A stretch of DNA of 63,852 bases, filler included, from Polymyxa betae A26-41 (Eukaryota > Protista > Endomyxa: Phytomyxea), in NCBI GenBank assembly GCA_003693705.1. It is 4 parts of 4 records of this genome, joined end to end, with 100 filler letters (N's around TTAATTAATTAA, not from the genome) between each part and the next. Parts side by side here need not be neighbours in the genome. Positions count along the whole stretch, not along the records: positions 61,706 to 63,852 come from RBZT01000031.1; 3 more parts are not named here. One strand, 5' to 3'. The notes under the pieces are model-generated. The model was given only the letters and a program-made list of their open reading frames with translations. It had not been told where the DNA came from and ran no database searches. The translations under genes were made by a program, and so were the position numbers. Positions 63,623 to 63,852 of the stretch are shown here, piece by piece. Position 1 is the stretch's first letter. The number at the start of each line of letters is the position of its first letter.

Positions 63623-63852
63623 AGAGGCGAGTTGGAAATTGCCCTTCCCGCCTCCTCGACCGGATTGGCAGAACCTGCTGAACCGTCAGTTTCATAACAA
63701 CAGCCAGAACGTGATCATGGATCAGAATCTGGTCATTATGATGCAAGGGGCGACCGCCGCATTCCCCATAAGCACGGACCCATAATTCAAAGACAACTAC
63801 CCGGGTCTGCCATCTCCGGCCACAAAGACCTGATTCTACTTGAGGAGATGTT

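Overview
Eukaryotic, intron-containing genomic DNA, probably a protist. Short GT-AG introns, TTAGGG/TTTAGGG/TTTTAGGG-like motifs and GPCR-like paralogs would fit a plasmodiophorid-like organism, but that is inference only. Three 100-nt assembly gaps carry a TTAATTAATTAA linker. (1) 1-27.7 kb is an accessory, decaying block: two tandem U-box + AIG1/GIMAP-like GTPase pseudogenes, six BTB/POZ paralogs or remnants, and two intact 7TM GPCR-like genes. One BTB copy is split by a chromodomain Ty3/gypsy element (itself carrying a solo LTR) and by an IS3EU-like DNA transposon. (2) 29-45.6 kb is a conserved gene block: Ctr copper importer, PTS2-type citrate synthase, P1B Cu-ATPase, an orphan ORF, PPWD1 and a coiled-coil gene. 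(3) 46-63.8 kb is TE-rich: an RNase H-bearing LINE, a tRNA-SINE, pogo elements and gypsy relics, around two small paralogous signal peptide-RxLxQ-TM genes. Best leads: the gypsy primer-binding site (TTTTTTCAAGCG) is complementary to its own predicted poly(A) junction rather than to a tRNA; a covarying T-loop RNA structure is shared by two LINE 3' UTRs and a SINE; the two-exon PEXEL-like genes; and telomere-like repeats at rearrangement breakpoints.
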